The notes under the pieces: generated by a model
What the model was told of the DNA's origin: nothing
Database searches by the model: none
The model's input: the letters and a program-made list of their open reading frames with translations, nothing else
Position numbers and translations under genes: made by a program
IMG/VR virus record: IMGVR_UViG_3300034061_002899
Direction: 5' to 3' (one strand)
DNA length: 64,000 bases
Source: a virus
Shown: positions 30,086 through 39,116 of the stretch, one piece after another
How the letters are laid out: each line of letters opens with the position of its first letter
How positions within the stretch are numbered: the stretch's first letter is position 1

Positions 30086-30546
30086 TTTTCAATCACATTA
30101 AAGAACTAAAATTACAGGGTAAGAAGATTGGTGTTACTTTCAGTACATTTGATATGCTTCATGCAGGCCATGTTGCTATGTTAAGTGAAGCTAAAAATCA
30201 TTGTGATTACTTGATTTGTGGATTACAAACTGACCCAACTATTGATAGACCTGATACTAAGAACAAACCTATTCAAAGTATTGTTGAGCGACAGATTCAA
30301 CTAGCGGCTTGTCGTTATGTTGATGAAGTAGTAGTTTATCAAACTGAACAAGACTTGATTGACTTGTTGTTGATACTCCCATTAGATGTTCGTATTTTGG
30401 GTACAGAGTATGAGGATAAGAACTTTACCGGACGTAATGAGGGTGCAGGTCGTGGTGTCCAAGTTATATTTAATAAGCGTGACCATAGTTTTAGTAGTTC
30501 AAGTTTACGCAAACGTGTAGCAGAAGCAGAAAGGAATAAAGTATGA
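30082..30546 (+). CDS. TagD-like cytidylyltransferase
   Basis: TFDMLHAGH, ER......RYVD and R....SSS motifs. Confidence 0.88.
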   Translation: MIFNHIKELKLQGKKIGVTFSTFDMLHAGHVAMLSEAKNHCDYLICGLQTDPTIDRPDTKNKPIQSIVERQIQLAACRYVDEVVVYQTEQDLIDLLLILPLDVRILGTEYEDKNFTGRNEGAGRGVQVIFNKRDHSFSSSSLRKRVAEAERNKV

Positions 30547-30746
30547 AAAATTTTACAGTTAAAGAAAATCAAGCATTTAGACTCCGTGTTCAATTAAATA
30601 AATGTCTTACTCCGTCGGATTTAAATTCTATAGAGTTTATACAAGAAAATCTAAAAGATGGAACAGTTATTGATACATCAACATATAATTTTTTTATGAC
30701 AGATGAAGAATTAAAAACACTAATACAAGGCTTAAAGGAAAATTAA
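30543..30746 (+). CDS. Hypothetical protein
   Basis: Overlap-coupled ORF. Confidence 0.6.
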   Translation: MKNFTVKENQAFRLRVQLNKCLTPSDLNSIEFIQENLKDGTVIDTSTYNFFMTDEELKTLIQGLKEN

Positions 30747-30748
30747 AA

Positions 30749-31543
30749 ATGTCTCAAAGAATCTTAATCATGGGCTTACCCGGATCGGGTAAGACTTATC
30801 TAGCACAATATGTACTAGAACATTTACAAAACGAAAAGAAAAAAGTGGGTTGGCTCAATGCCGACGATGTTCGTAAAAAATACAACGACTGGGATTTCAC
30901 TGAAGCAGGCCGTATTCGTCAAAGTCTACGTATGCGTGAACTAGCAGATTCAATGACAGAGTATGATTATGTTATCTGCGACTTTGTTGCACCTTTAGTT
31001 GAAATGCGTAACAACTTCAAAGCAGATTGGACTATATGGGTTGACACCATTGACAAAGGTCGTTACGAAGATACCAACAAAGCATTTGTACCTCCTGAAG
31101 TTTACGACTTTAGAATTACAGAACAACGTGCTGAATGGTGGGGTGAGTTTATTGCCGCCCATATATATGATAATCGCCGTAGACCGGTGTTTGATTGGCA
31201 GAAAGAAACAGTACAGATGTTAGGACGTTGGCAACCGTGGCATCCAGGACATCGTGCATTATTTGAACGTGCTATTGCTAAAACAGGACAGGTAGTGATT
31301 CAAATACGTGATTGTCAAGGATGGCAAGGAAGTAATCCATTTGCTATTGAACAAGTAAAGAGTTTTATTCGTAGAGACTTAGATCCTCTGTACCAAGGTC
31401 AGTACGAAATACAAGTTGTTCCTAACATTGTGAACATTACATATGGGCGTGATGTTGGATATAAGATTGAACAAGAAACTTTTGATGATGCTATTCATAG
31501 TATTAGTGCCACAAAGATTCGTAAGGAATTAGGATTAAAATGA
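30749..31543 (+). CDS. Adenylylsulfate-kinase-like domain fused to an HxGH nucleotidyltransferase
   Basis: GLPGSGKT, NAD.VR and DF...GR; then GRWQPWHPGH and ISATKIR. Confidence 0.8.
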   Translation: MSQRILIMGLPGSGKTYLAQYVLEHLQNEKKKVGWLNADDVRKKYNDWDFTEAGRIRQSLRMRELADSMTEYDYVICDFVAPLVEMRNNFKADWTIWVDTIDKGRYEDTNKAFVPPEVYDFRITEQRAEWWGEFIAAHIYDNRRRPVFDWQKETVQMLGRWQPWHPGHRALFERAIAKTGQVVIQIRDCQGWQGSNPFAIEQVKSFIRRDLDPLYQGQYEIQVVPNIVNITYGRDVGYKIEQETFDDAIHSISATKIRKELGLK

Positions 31544-31764
31544 ACAAATACCACGTTAGATTTAATACCAAACATAACGGTAGTGAACTAGTCTGGCGTG
31601 TTTTTGAAAATGGTGTAGAACATTTGGCAACAGATGTTCGCATCATTGGAGAAACTTTTACCGAATGCACACATGAATATGGCGAAACCAAATGGAATAT
31701 TGCTTGCCATGGTAGAATAGTTTGGGTAAATAAGGTTGCAGTAATTGTGACAGATAAAGATTAA
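31540..31764 (+). CDS. Hypothetical protein
   Basis: Overlap-coupled ORF. Confidence 0.65.
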   Translation: MNKYHVRFNTKHNGSELVWRVFENGVEHLATDVRIIGETFTECTHEYGETKWNIACHGRIVWVNKVAVIVTDKD

Positions 31765-31772
31765 TTTTGAAG

Positions 31773-32474
31773 ATGAACGGTAACCGAACTTGTATTATTT
31801 GCTTACCACGCACGGGTAGTCAATTATGTGAACAATTAGCTAATGAGGTAAACTCAGGGATTCAATTGGGTGAATATTTCGAAAATTGGAATCGTAGTGA
31901 ATACATCACTGATGTGGACAATAATATATTATTAAAGAATTTTGCTAGCATTCCTACAGACTTTAAACTATTTGAAGGATTTAAAGAACGACTTGATTTA
32001 TTGAAAAATACAAATATAAATCAGCCACTAACACTAAGAATATTTTTGATGGATCAACATGATAAAGATATACTATCTAATATAATAATGGAATTAAAAA
32101 ATATAGGTTTTGAATTTATCACATTGAAAAGGGATATAAAAGAACAACTATTAAGTTACATGATTGCCCGCTCTTATGTAAAAAATGTATTTAGAATTAA
32201 TAGTGAAATAAATCAACCGGTATACATTGATCTTAGAAAATTAAATAAAGCACTAACTCACATCTATGATAGTCATCTATTATGGGAAAAGAACTTATCT
32301 GTGGTATTACACAATATTGAATATCAAACAGTAAATTATGAATCTATACATTCAGATATGGAAAACATCTACAACACAAAATTTAAATATCAAAGTGAAA
32401 AGTCAATTAAAGGTGACCCATTTGATTTAATTATAAATAAACAAGAGGTTATGGATTTTTTAACAAATCTTTGA
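31773..32474 (+). CDS. Sulfotransferase-like (Stf0-type) protein
   Basis: PRTGS.L, GEYF, I.L.R....Q..SY..A and YE motifs. Confidence 0.65.
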   Translation: MNGNRTCIICLPRTGSQLCEQLANEVNSGIQLGEYFENWNRSEYITDVDNNILLKNFASIPTDFKLFEGFKERLDLLKNTNINQPLTLRIFLMDQHDKDILSNIIMELKNIGFEFITLKRDIKEQLLSYMIARSYVKNVFRINSEINQPVYIDLRKLNKALTHIYDSHLLWEKNLSVVLHNIEYQTVNYESIHSDMENIYNTKFKYQSEKSIKGDPFDLIINKQEVMDFLTNL

Positions 32475-32482
32475 CTTTACCA

Positions 32483-32550
32483 ATACCGGTCTCTTTGGGC
32501 TCATCCCGGTATACAAATTCTGCGTCCTATGCTATAATCTAACATAGGAG
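32483..32550 (+). promoter_or_regulatory. Candidate cis-regulatory RNA upstream of queD (pseudoknot plus RBS-sequestering hairpin)
   Basis: ATACCGG/CCGGTAT stem; loop GGGC pairs with GTCC; TCCTATG/CATAGGA stem covers the AGGAG RBS. Confidence 0.5.
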
Positions 32551-32556
32551 AACACA

Positions 32557-33039
32557 ATGGCAAACAAAAAATTCTTTTCAACAAAGACATACCGACAAAT
32601 AGGTCCTGTTGCATATCGTCAATGGCGTGCAGACAGTCATTGTAATTTAATTCATGGCTATGCTATGAGTTTTCACTTTGAGTTTGAAGCTGATACACTT
32701 GATGCCCGTAACTGGGTAACAGACTTCGGTGGATTACGACCACTCAAAGATAAACTAGAAGAATGGTTCGATCATACATTACTAGTTGCACAAGATGACC
32801 CAATGCGTGAACATTTATTAGAACTAGGTCGTTTGAAATTAGCAAAGATTACAGAAGTAGAACGTACTGGTTGTGAAGGTATTGCTGACTTCTTGTATGA
32901 ATATATTAACACAATCTTTTTACCTAACTGCGGTAGTGAAGAAGCAAAACGTGTCTGGTGCTGTAGAGTAGAGGTTCGTGAGACTGATAGTAACATGGCA
33001 GGACGTGGTGGTCACAGGGAAGACAATGAATTCGCTTGA
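32557..33039 (+). CDS. queD: 6-carboxy-5,6,7,8-tetrahydropterin synthase
   Basis: HCNLIHGY, DFGGL, FDH, GCE and V.VRET motifs. Confidence 0.9.
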   Translation: MANKKFFSTKTYRQIGPVAYRQWRADSHCNLIHGYAMSFHFEFEADTLDARNWVTDFGGLRPLKDKLEEWFDHTLLVAQDDPMREHLLELGRLKLAKITEVERTGCEGIADFLYEYINTIFLPNCGSEEAKRVWCCRVEVRETDSNMAGRGGHREDNEFA

Positions 33040-33217
33040 GAAAATCTGGGCTAGGGCAACAGGTCATCTAATGGGTAACACCGATGATGACAGGCCTGAT
33101 GTGCCTATTCTTACATTGGGTGAAGCAAGAATTGCATTGTTCCTAAAAACTTTCTGGGTGGTGCTACATGTGATAACATGTTGTTTTATTATAGCAAATA
33201 CTATACATCATTGGTAA
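33026..33217 (+). CDS. Small membrane protein
   Basis: ATG33026; C-terminal TM helix. Confidence 0.6.
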   Translation: MNSLEKIWARATGHLMGNTDDDRPDVPILTLGEARIALFLKTFWVVLHVITCCFIIANTIHHW

Positions 33218-33220
33218 AAT

Positions 33221-33412
33221 ATGAATAAAAAAATTAAAGAACTATGGGAAGAAGCCGCTCAACGAGATGATATAATGGATGAAAAACGTTATGAACATTT
33301 TGCTGAGTTAGTAATTAGAGACTGTGCTAAACAAGTTAACCATCTTTATAAACAAGGTGGCGGCACTTGGGGTGAAGTTATTCTTAAACATTTTAATATA
33401 AAAATCAAATGA
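33221..33412 (+). CDS. Small protein of the FAELIVREC...HF family
   Basis: EHFAELVIRDC...ILKHF. Confidence 0.65.
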   Translation: MNKKIKELWEEAAQRDDIMDEKRYEHFAELVIRDCAKQVNHLYKQGGGTWGEVILKHFNIKIK

Positions 33413-34257
33413 GTCATTTAAAAGTATCAGAGTTATTTTATAGTATTCAAGGTGAGGGTAGATTCATGGGAGTTCCCTCCGTGTTCTTACGAACATATGG
33501 ATGCAATTTTACATGCGGTGGATTCGGCATGCCTAAAGGGGAATTGAGTAGTGAGAGAGATGTTATTGCGATTAAAGCAGAAGATTATACAGACTATAAA
33601 TCCTTACCGCTTGTCAGTACAGGATGTGATAGTTACGCAAGTTGGGACCCTCGTTTTAAACATCTTAGTCCTGTCATCGCTACCGATAGTATTGTTGACA
33701 GCATTTGTGATATACTTCCTCATGGTCGTTGGATGGATGAACATCTTGTTATTACAGGTGGTGAACCTCTTCTTGGCTGGCAAAGAGCGTATCCTGACTT
33801 ACTGTCACATGAGAAAATGAGAGCATTGAAAGAGATTACATTTGAAACTAATGGCACACAAGAACTAAATCAAGACTTTAAAATATATCTACAGAAATGG
33901 AAGATTAACAGAGAAAAGAATGCACTTACATTTAGTGTGAGTCCTAAACTAAGTATCAGCGGTGAGAAGTGGAGTGAAGCAATTTGTCCCGAAATTATTC
34001 ATCAATATGAAAGCATAGGATTTGTATATCTTAAGTTTGTCATTGCCACAAAAGAAGATGCAATTGAAGCTGATGAAGCAGTAAAAGAGTTTCGTGGTAG
34101 AGGTTTTAGAGGTCCAGTATACTTCATGCCATGCGGTGGTGTAGAATCATTGTATAACTTAAATGCAAAGAATGTTGCTATTGAAGCAATGAATCGTGGT
34201 TATCGTTATAGCGACAGACTACAAGTACCACTCTTTAAAAATGAGTGGGGAACTTAA
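33409..34257 (+). CDS. queE: 7-carboxy-7-deazaguanine synthase (radical SAM)
   Basis: E.FYSIQGEG...G.PSVFLR..GCNFTC...(insert)...CDS, ITGGEP, ETNGT, SPK and R.Q motifs. Confidence 0.92.
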   Translation: MSHLKVSELFYSIQGEGRFMGVPSVFLRTYGCNFTCGGFGMPKGELSSERDVIAIKAEDYTDYKSLPLVSTGCDSYASWDPRFKHLSPVIATDSIVDSICDILPHGRWMDEHLVITGGEPLLGWQRAYPDLLSHEKMRALKEITFETNGTQELNQDFKIYLQKWKINREKNALTFSVSPKLSISGEKWSEAICPEIIHQYESIGFVYLKFVIATKEDAIEADEAVKEFRGRGFRGPVYFMPCGGVESLYNLNAKNVAIEAMNRGYRYSDRLQVPLFKNEWGT

Positions 34258-34475
34258 TGCCGCAAACACAGCCATACGATCATTTCTATGAAAGGATGAT
34301 CGGAACCGAATACAAGTTTGCTTGGTTACCTAAGAGATGTGATATATCAGGTGAACGTATTTGGTTAAAGTATGGATACCGATTAACTAGAATCATTACT
34401 GGGCCAGGTGAATCTATATTTGAGTATAGATGGCACGATAAGAATACCCATATTATGTGGAAACTAACAAGGTAA
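34257..34475 (+). CDS. Hypothetical protein
   Basis: FAWLP.RC..SG..IWL; TAATG coupling to queE. Confidence 0.6.
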   Translation: MPQTQPYDHFYERMIGTEYKFAWLPKRCDISGERIWLKYGYRLTRIITGPGESIFEYRWHDKNTHIMWKLTR

Positions 34476-34479
34476 ATAT

Positions 34480-34653
34480 ATGTATGAATTAAGATATCTT
34501 GTCCGAAACGGTTGGGACGGACCAGAAAAAGTGTTACAATATAGAACACAACTTGAAGTTACAGACTATAGTGGAACTACTACAAACGGTAGTTTTACTA
34601 AAAAGCGTGAATGGACTGAGTGGCAAGATGTGCCTACAGTAAAAGATACATGA
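34480..34653 (+). CDS. Small hypothetical protein (57 aa, not in the track)
   Basis: MYELRYLVRNG...LQYR...EWQDVP. Confidence 0.6.
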   Translation: MYELRYLVRNGWDGPEKVLQYRTQLEVTDYSGTTTNGSFTKKREWTEWQDVPTVKDT

Positions 34654-36053
34654 GAACATACGATAAACGAATTGGGTTTTTAATAAACTCTGAACATATA
34701 AAATCTACAGGTGGCAATGGACAATTTGCTAGAAGTTTTTGCGACTTGATGTCAAAAAATAAAATTAAAGTAGATATCATTACTGATAAAACCCCGCACT
34801 ATAAAGAGTTTGCAAACTCATTAGGAGTGAATATCATTACACCAGATGACCCATATAAAGATGGAAAGCACAGCGCCATTTTTGCTAAACCTGATAGTTA
34901 TAATTTAGAAAAAATGCTAAACTTTAGAAATTCAATTCTAAAGGCTATGACTACTAATATGTATGATATATTTGTGTGTAACTCACCTGAGAGTATTTTT
35001 ACCGCAATATCATTAGGTATGTCAGAAAACATACAAATAATTGCATATACACATCTAGAAAGTCAAATTTTTACTAACACTAGTAATCCTTTCTGTGATG
35101 AAGCAAATGAATTAATGAGGCAAAATCTTACAACTTCAGGAATCTTTGTTGCTACTCAGAGTGATTTTAACGCAAAACAATTTAATAGACCAAACGTGTA
35201 TGAATGTCCTATTCCATTGACAGAAGCAACGTTGTTGAAAAAATATAACAACAAGAGAGAAGGTGTATTATTCGTTGGTCGTTGGGAACCAGGTAAGAAA
35301 CCAGAATTGTTTATTGATTTAATAAAACAAACAGGTTTACCTGCAAAAGTTTTAACAAGCCCTAATGGCGTAAAAAAGTTTGAGGAAGCATTAAAACCAT
35401 TAGGTGTTAAGTATGAAATTAAACACAGTCTTGTAGGACAATCAAAAGTTGATTTTATAACAAGTGCTAGAATAGCGTTCAATCCTAGTATAGTTGAAAG
35501 TTATGGTATGGCATTCCATGAACAAACTATACAATTACCTACAGTAGCGTTAGATGGCATGCGTTGGTTAAATAATTTCAATAGTGATTATTATTATACT
35601 TGTGATAAAAAAACTATGGTTGATACTATTACGAGTTTATACGGGCATTTTGATAAAGCAGAAGAATGGTATAACATCAATGTAGTTGAATATTATTCTG
35701 AATTAGAAAGTCAAGTGTTTTCTAAATGGAAGAAATGTTTTGACGCATTTATTCCTAAACAAGTTAAAGGTGATAGTGCTTCTATAAATCAACAAACATC
35801 TGTATGCTATGATACCTTTATAAAGAGTTTAAAAAGAACACAAATAAGTTTAGGTAATGACTTACGAGCAATTTATAACAACAAGCATAAGTTTGACGTA
35901 ATTTATACAGATAATCACACCCATTTATCTAAAGATAAAAATTATATTCCAATTGACCCTATGGTAGAAGTTAAAGAAGATAACGCTGATAGGTTAGTTC
36001 AACCCTACAACAATTTGTTTTACGAAGATACTGATGCAACAGAAAATAACTAA
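34650..36053 (+). CDS. GT-B (GT4-like) glycosyltransferase with C-terminal extension
   Basis: GG.G.F, LFVGRW..GK.P and PS..ESYGMA..E motifs. Confidence 0.85.
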   Translation: MRTYDKRIGFLINSEHIKSTGGNGQFARSFCDLMSKNKIKVDIITDKTPHYKEFANSLGVNIITPDDPYKDGKHSAIFAKPDSYNLEKMLNFRNSILKAMTTNMYDIFVCNSPESIFTAISLGMSENIQIIAYTHLESQIFTNTSNPFCDEANELMRQNLTTSGIFVATQSDFNAKQFNRPNVYECPIPLTEATLLKKYNNKREGVLFVGRWEPGKKPELFIDLIKQTGLPAKVLTSPNGVKKFEEALKPLGVKYEIKHSLVGQSKVDFITSARIAFNPSIVESYGMAFHEQTIQLPTVALDGMRWLNNFNSDYYYTCDKKTMVDTITSLYGHFDKAEEWYNINVVEYYSELESQVFSKWKKCFDAFIPKQVKGDSASINQQTSVCYDTFIKSLKRTQISLGNDLRAIYNNKHKFDVIYTDNHTHLSKDKNYIPIDPMVEVKEDNADRLVQPYNNLFYEDTDATENN

Positions 36054-36555
36054 TTTTATAAATTCATCTGACTTTCAAAATACGTTTAATGTTTTAAATA
36101 AGTCAATTGTGTCACCTGGACCGCAAATTTTTACTTTAAATCAGTTAGTAAATAATTCCTCAATAAAAGTTAAAGGCGGGATATATTTTTTGTATGATGA
36201 CAATCAACACGGATTATATAAAAAGGATGCGCTATGGTATGTGGGTATAACTGGTACTTCAACTCTAAGAGACCGTGTTCGTAAACATTGGCAAAGAGCA
36301 ACAGGAACTTTTAATTTAAACAATAATACTATTGTTCCGAGTTTTAACTATTTTGAAAATTGGTTAAATTCAAAAGGACATGGTGGTGTTAATGGCATTT
36401 GGCAAAGTAATTGCCAAGTTCTTTGGTATGAAACAGTTAACCTTAGTAAGGATGAAATGGAATATCTAGAAACAAAGTGTATTATGTCGCTTGATCCTAT
36501 TCTTAATAAACAAAGATTTTCTATTTTTGGTATACCGGCATTAAATTTATTATGA
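36034..36555 (+). CDS. GIY-YIG nuclease
   Basis: GIYF...WYVG.T....L..R...H...LE...I....P..N. Confidence 0.7.
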   Translation: MQQKITNFINSSDFQNTFNVLNKSIVSPGPQIFTLNQLVNNSSIKVKGGIYFLYDDNQHGLYKKDALWYVGITGTSTLRDRVRKHWQRATGTFNLNNNTIVPSFNYFENWLNSKGHGGVNGIWQSNCQVLWYETVNLSKDEMEYLETKCIMSLDPILNKQRFSIFGIPALNLL

Positions 36556-37382
36556 AAAAAGTTTTAATAACAGGTTGTTCAGGTTACATAGGATCGCATC
36601 TATGTAAACTATTAGCAAATGACTATGAGGTGCATGGATTAGATATTGTTGATCCACAGGCACCGCTCAATGAATTCTATCGATGTGATATCAATAGACA
36701 ATTTACAATGCCGGAAGATATTGAATACGATGCTGTTATTCATTTAGCCGCATTAGTTCGTGTTGGCGAGAGTGAACAAATACCAATCAAATATTATATC
36801 ACTAACTTGAATGGTACGATGAATGTTATCAACAGAATAAAAGCAAAGAACTTTATATTTTCAAGTACAGGTGCCGCACAAGATTGTAATAGCGCATACG
36901 GTATTAGTAAACGTGCGGCAGAAGATGTAGTTAGAGAATATTGTACAAACCATCGAGAAACACCATATACAATCTTTAGATTTTATAATGTTATTGGAAG
37001 CACCGTCGTATCTCCCACTAACCCCGATGGGTTAATGTATAACTTAATGAAGGCACGTGAGAGTGGTGAGTTTACTATATTTGGTAATGACTATGATGTG
37101 AGTGATGATGGTACCTGTGTACGTGACTATGTACATGTCAATGAAATATGTGACGCATTAATGCAAGCAATTGAAAAACCTAGCAATAGTGTTGAATCAC
37201 TTGGGCACGGAGTAGGATGGACTGTTAAAGAAATTGTTGATGAATTTCAAAAAGTCAATAATGTTAGCTTTAATATAAAATACGGGCCAAGAAGAAAGGG
37301 CGACATTGCTAGTAGTGTACTAAAAAATGTATCGCCCTATATGCGTAACTTGTATACGATGGATGAGTTACTTAAGGTTTAA
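36552..37382 (+). CDS. NAD-dependent epimerase/dehydratase (GalE-like)
   Basis: TG.SGYIGSH, HLAA, YGISK, RFYNV and DGTCVRDYVHV motifs. Confidence 0.93.
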   Translation: MKKVLITGCSGYIGSHLCKLLANDYEVHGLDIVDPQAPLNEFYRCDINRQFTMPEDIEYDAVIHLAALVRVGESEQIPIKYYITNLNGTMNVINRIKAKNFIFSSTGAAQDCNSAYGISKRAAEDVVREYCTNHRETPYTIFRFYNVIGSTVVSPTNPDGLMYNLMKARESGEFTIFGNDYDVSDDGTCVRDYVHVNEICDALMQAIEKPSNSVESLGHGVGWTVKEIVDEFQKVNNVSFNIKYGPRRKGDIASSVLKNVSPYMRNLYTMDELLKV

Positions 37383-38386
37383 CTTAAACCAATCTTTCCC
37401 GGATACATTGGCCCGTCTTTGATTCTTTCACCACCGTCAAAGTAACGTATTTCAATAGGCATATCTTGCCAGTTTAATCTGTATGCAGCCATGATACGAT
37501 GATTGCCTTCGTTGACCCATGCTTCACCGTTGTAGGCAACCATGATGTATGGAAGATATTCGTGATCGGGACTGTGTGACATGGGTGGTAATTTACCAGT
37601 CTTTTCCATATAATCCATCAACCACTTTAAGTCAGCTTTACGGACATTAGTTTGTTCATGGCGCATACCCGGCAATGATGCCAAACGCATTACACGTACT
37701 CTTGGTGGTGTTCCTCTTACTGAAGCTGTAGTACTGCCCATATATGGTACACCATAACTATTGCGTCCTTGCTTTTTAGCATAGTCAATCTTGCTTTGTA
37801 ACCAATCCTCATTAGGTACGTCTACACTTAGTGTGCCTTCTGTGACACCTTGCTGACCTTTATCTAGAAATGCTACATTGTCTGGTATGCCTAGCTTTTT
37901 AATGCTCCACAGTATTTGATTATATTTTCCATCATATACTAATTTGTCAGATCCTAGATTTGGCGCACTAGAGTTAATTTGTTGTTCTGCTCGTTTATAG
38001 CTTTGAGGTTTGAGATACTTTTTAGCTTCACTAGGCCATCCACCTTGAAGAACATTATATAATGATAGTAAACTAAAAGCCCAGTCTTCTTTATCATCAG
38101 TTTCCCAACCTTGTTCACCGTGAGGATGAGTAACTAATATCGCACCCTTTTGTATAAGAGCCGGTACATTTAATTTTCTACGGTCAACATTAAATGTAGT
38201 GTTTGAATAGCCTTCCGCCACACTTGACCTTGATTCTCCGCCGCCACCATCACCTCCGCCTTCACCGGATTCTCCACTACCTCCGTAGTAGCCATAACCA
38301 GGAAAATAATATCCTCCTGTTCTGCGAATTCTTTTAGATTTTTTTCTAGATTTTTTGCGTTCTATTATAAATTCATTAGCTCTCAT
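37379..38386 (-). CDS. Modular putative virion protein with C-terminal ParB/Srx-like domain
   Basis: MRANEFIIE; SVAEG and QGVTEG linkers; P.I.V.....VNEGNHRI.AA. Confidence 0.65.
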   Translation of the reverse strand: MRANEFIIERKKSRKKSKRIRRTGGYYFPGYGYYGGSGESGEGGGDGGGGESRSSVAEGYSNTTFNVDRRKLNVPALIQKGAILVTHPHGEQGWETDDKEDWAFSLLSLYNVLQGGWPSEAKKYLKPQSYKRAEQQINSSAPNLGSDKLVYDGKYNQILWSIKKLGIPDNVAFLDKGQQGVTEGTLSVDVPNEDWLQSKIDYAKKQGRNSYGVPYMGSTTASVRGTPPRVRVMRLASLPGMRHEQTNVRKADLKWLMDYMEKTGKLPPMSHSPDHEYLPYIMVAYNGEAWVNEGNHRIMAAYRLNWQDMPIEIRYFDGGERIKDGPMYPGKIGLS

Positions 38387-38937
38387 GTATAACCCCTAAC
38401 TCTATCAAAGAAACTTGGTTTACCCTTTGACGGACCTTTAACTTCTCCATGACGTTTATGTTGACTACCATAGTCATAGAATTTACCTACTACATCGAAT
38501 CCATGCTTAAAGAAAATTGCAGCCGGGAAAGGTCTGATATTTTTCATCATTCCCACACGTTCTTTACCTTGTGGTGCTTCTTGTTTATCAGTTGTATTTC
38601 TATCAACTGGTTGTAACCATGCATTTGGTTTTAATCTAACTAACCAAACATAAGGCTTTTCCATAGCATACAAGTCATTATCATTTATATAAGTTTTTAA
38701 TGGATAGAACCACAATGCAGGATTACCCTTGCCTGCACCAATATAATCTGGATAATAGTCTGGATGGTCAATGTCAACACTACGTCCAAACTTTTGTTTA
38801 GCACTAAAGCCTAACTGGTCAATGTCAGTAAAGCGAACAAAGTATTCTTCTGGTCTGCCACCATCACGCTTAACAGCATTGATGATTTGATCCTTAACAC
38901 TTACTTTGGCTTCTGTGATAAACTCAGTGGCTCTCAT
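38383..38937 (-). CDS. Putative virion-internal protein
   Basis: MRATEFITE N-terminus. Confidence 0.6.
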   Translation of the reverse strand: MRATEFITEAKVSVKDQIINAVKRDGGRPEEYFVRFTDIDQLGFSAKQKFGRSVDIDHPDYYPDYIGAGKGNPALWFYPLKTYINDNDLYAMEKPYVWLVRLKPNAWLQPVDRNTTDKQEAPQGKERVGMMKNIRPFPAAIFFKHGFDVVGKFYDYGSQHKRHGEVKGPSKGKPSFFDRVRGYT

Positions 38938-39116
38938 TTCTTACGTCCTCTAAATCCTGCTGGCATATGTAAATCATTAACGGGGAACATTGATTTGAAC
39001 CATTCATCAGTGCCCGGCTTTGCAGTAATCTTACTACGGTCTATAGGAATAGAAGATGTAGGTTTTCCTCTATAATCATTTACACCAGCAAGTCTTTTAA
39101 GTTCGTCTAAGTTCAT
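38934..39116 (-). CDS. Small protein (ELKRLAG motif)
   Basis: Overlap-coupled ORF in the minus-strand block. Confidence 0.6.
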   Translation of the reverse strand: MNLDELKRLAGVNDYRGKPTSSIPIDRSKITAKPGTDEWFKSMFPVNDLHMPAGFRGRKK

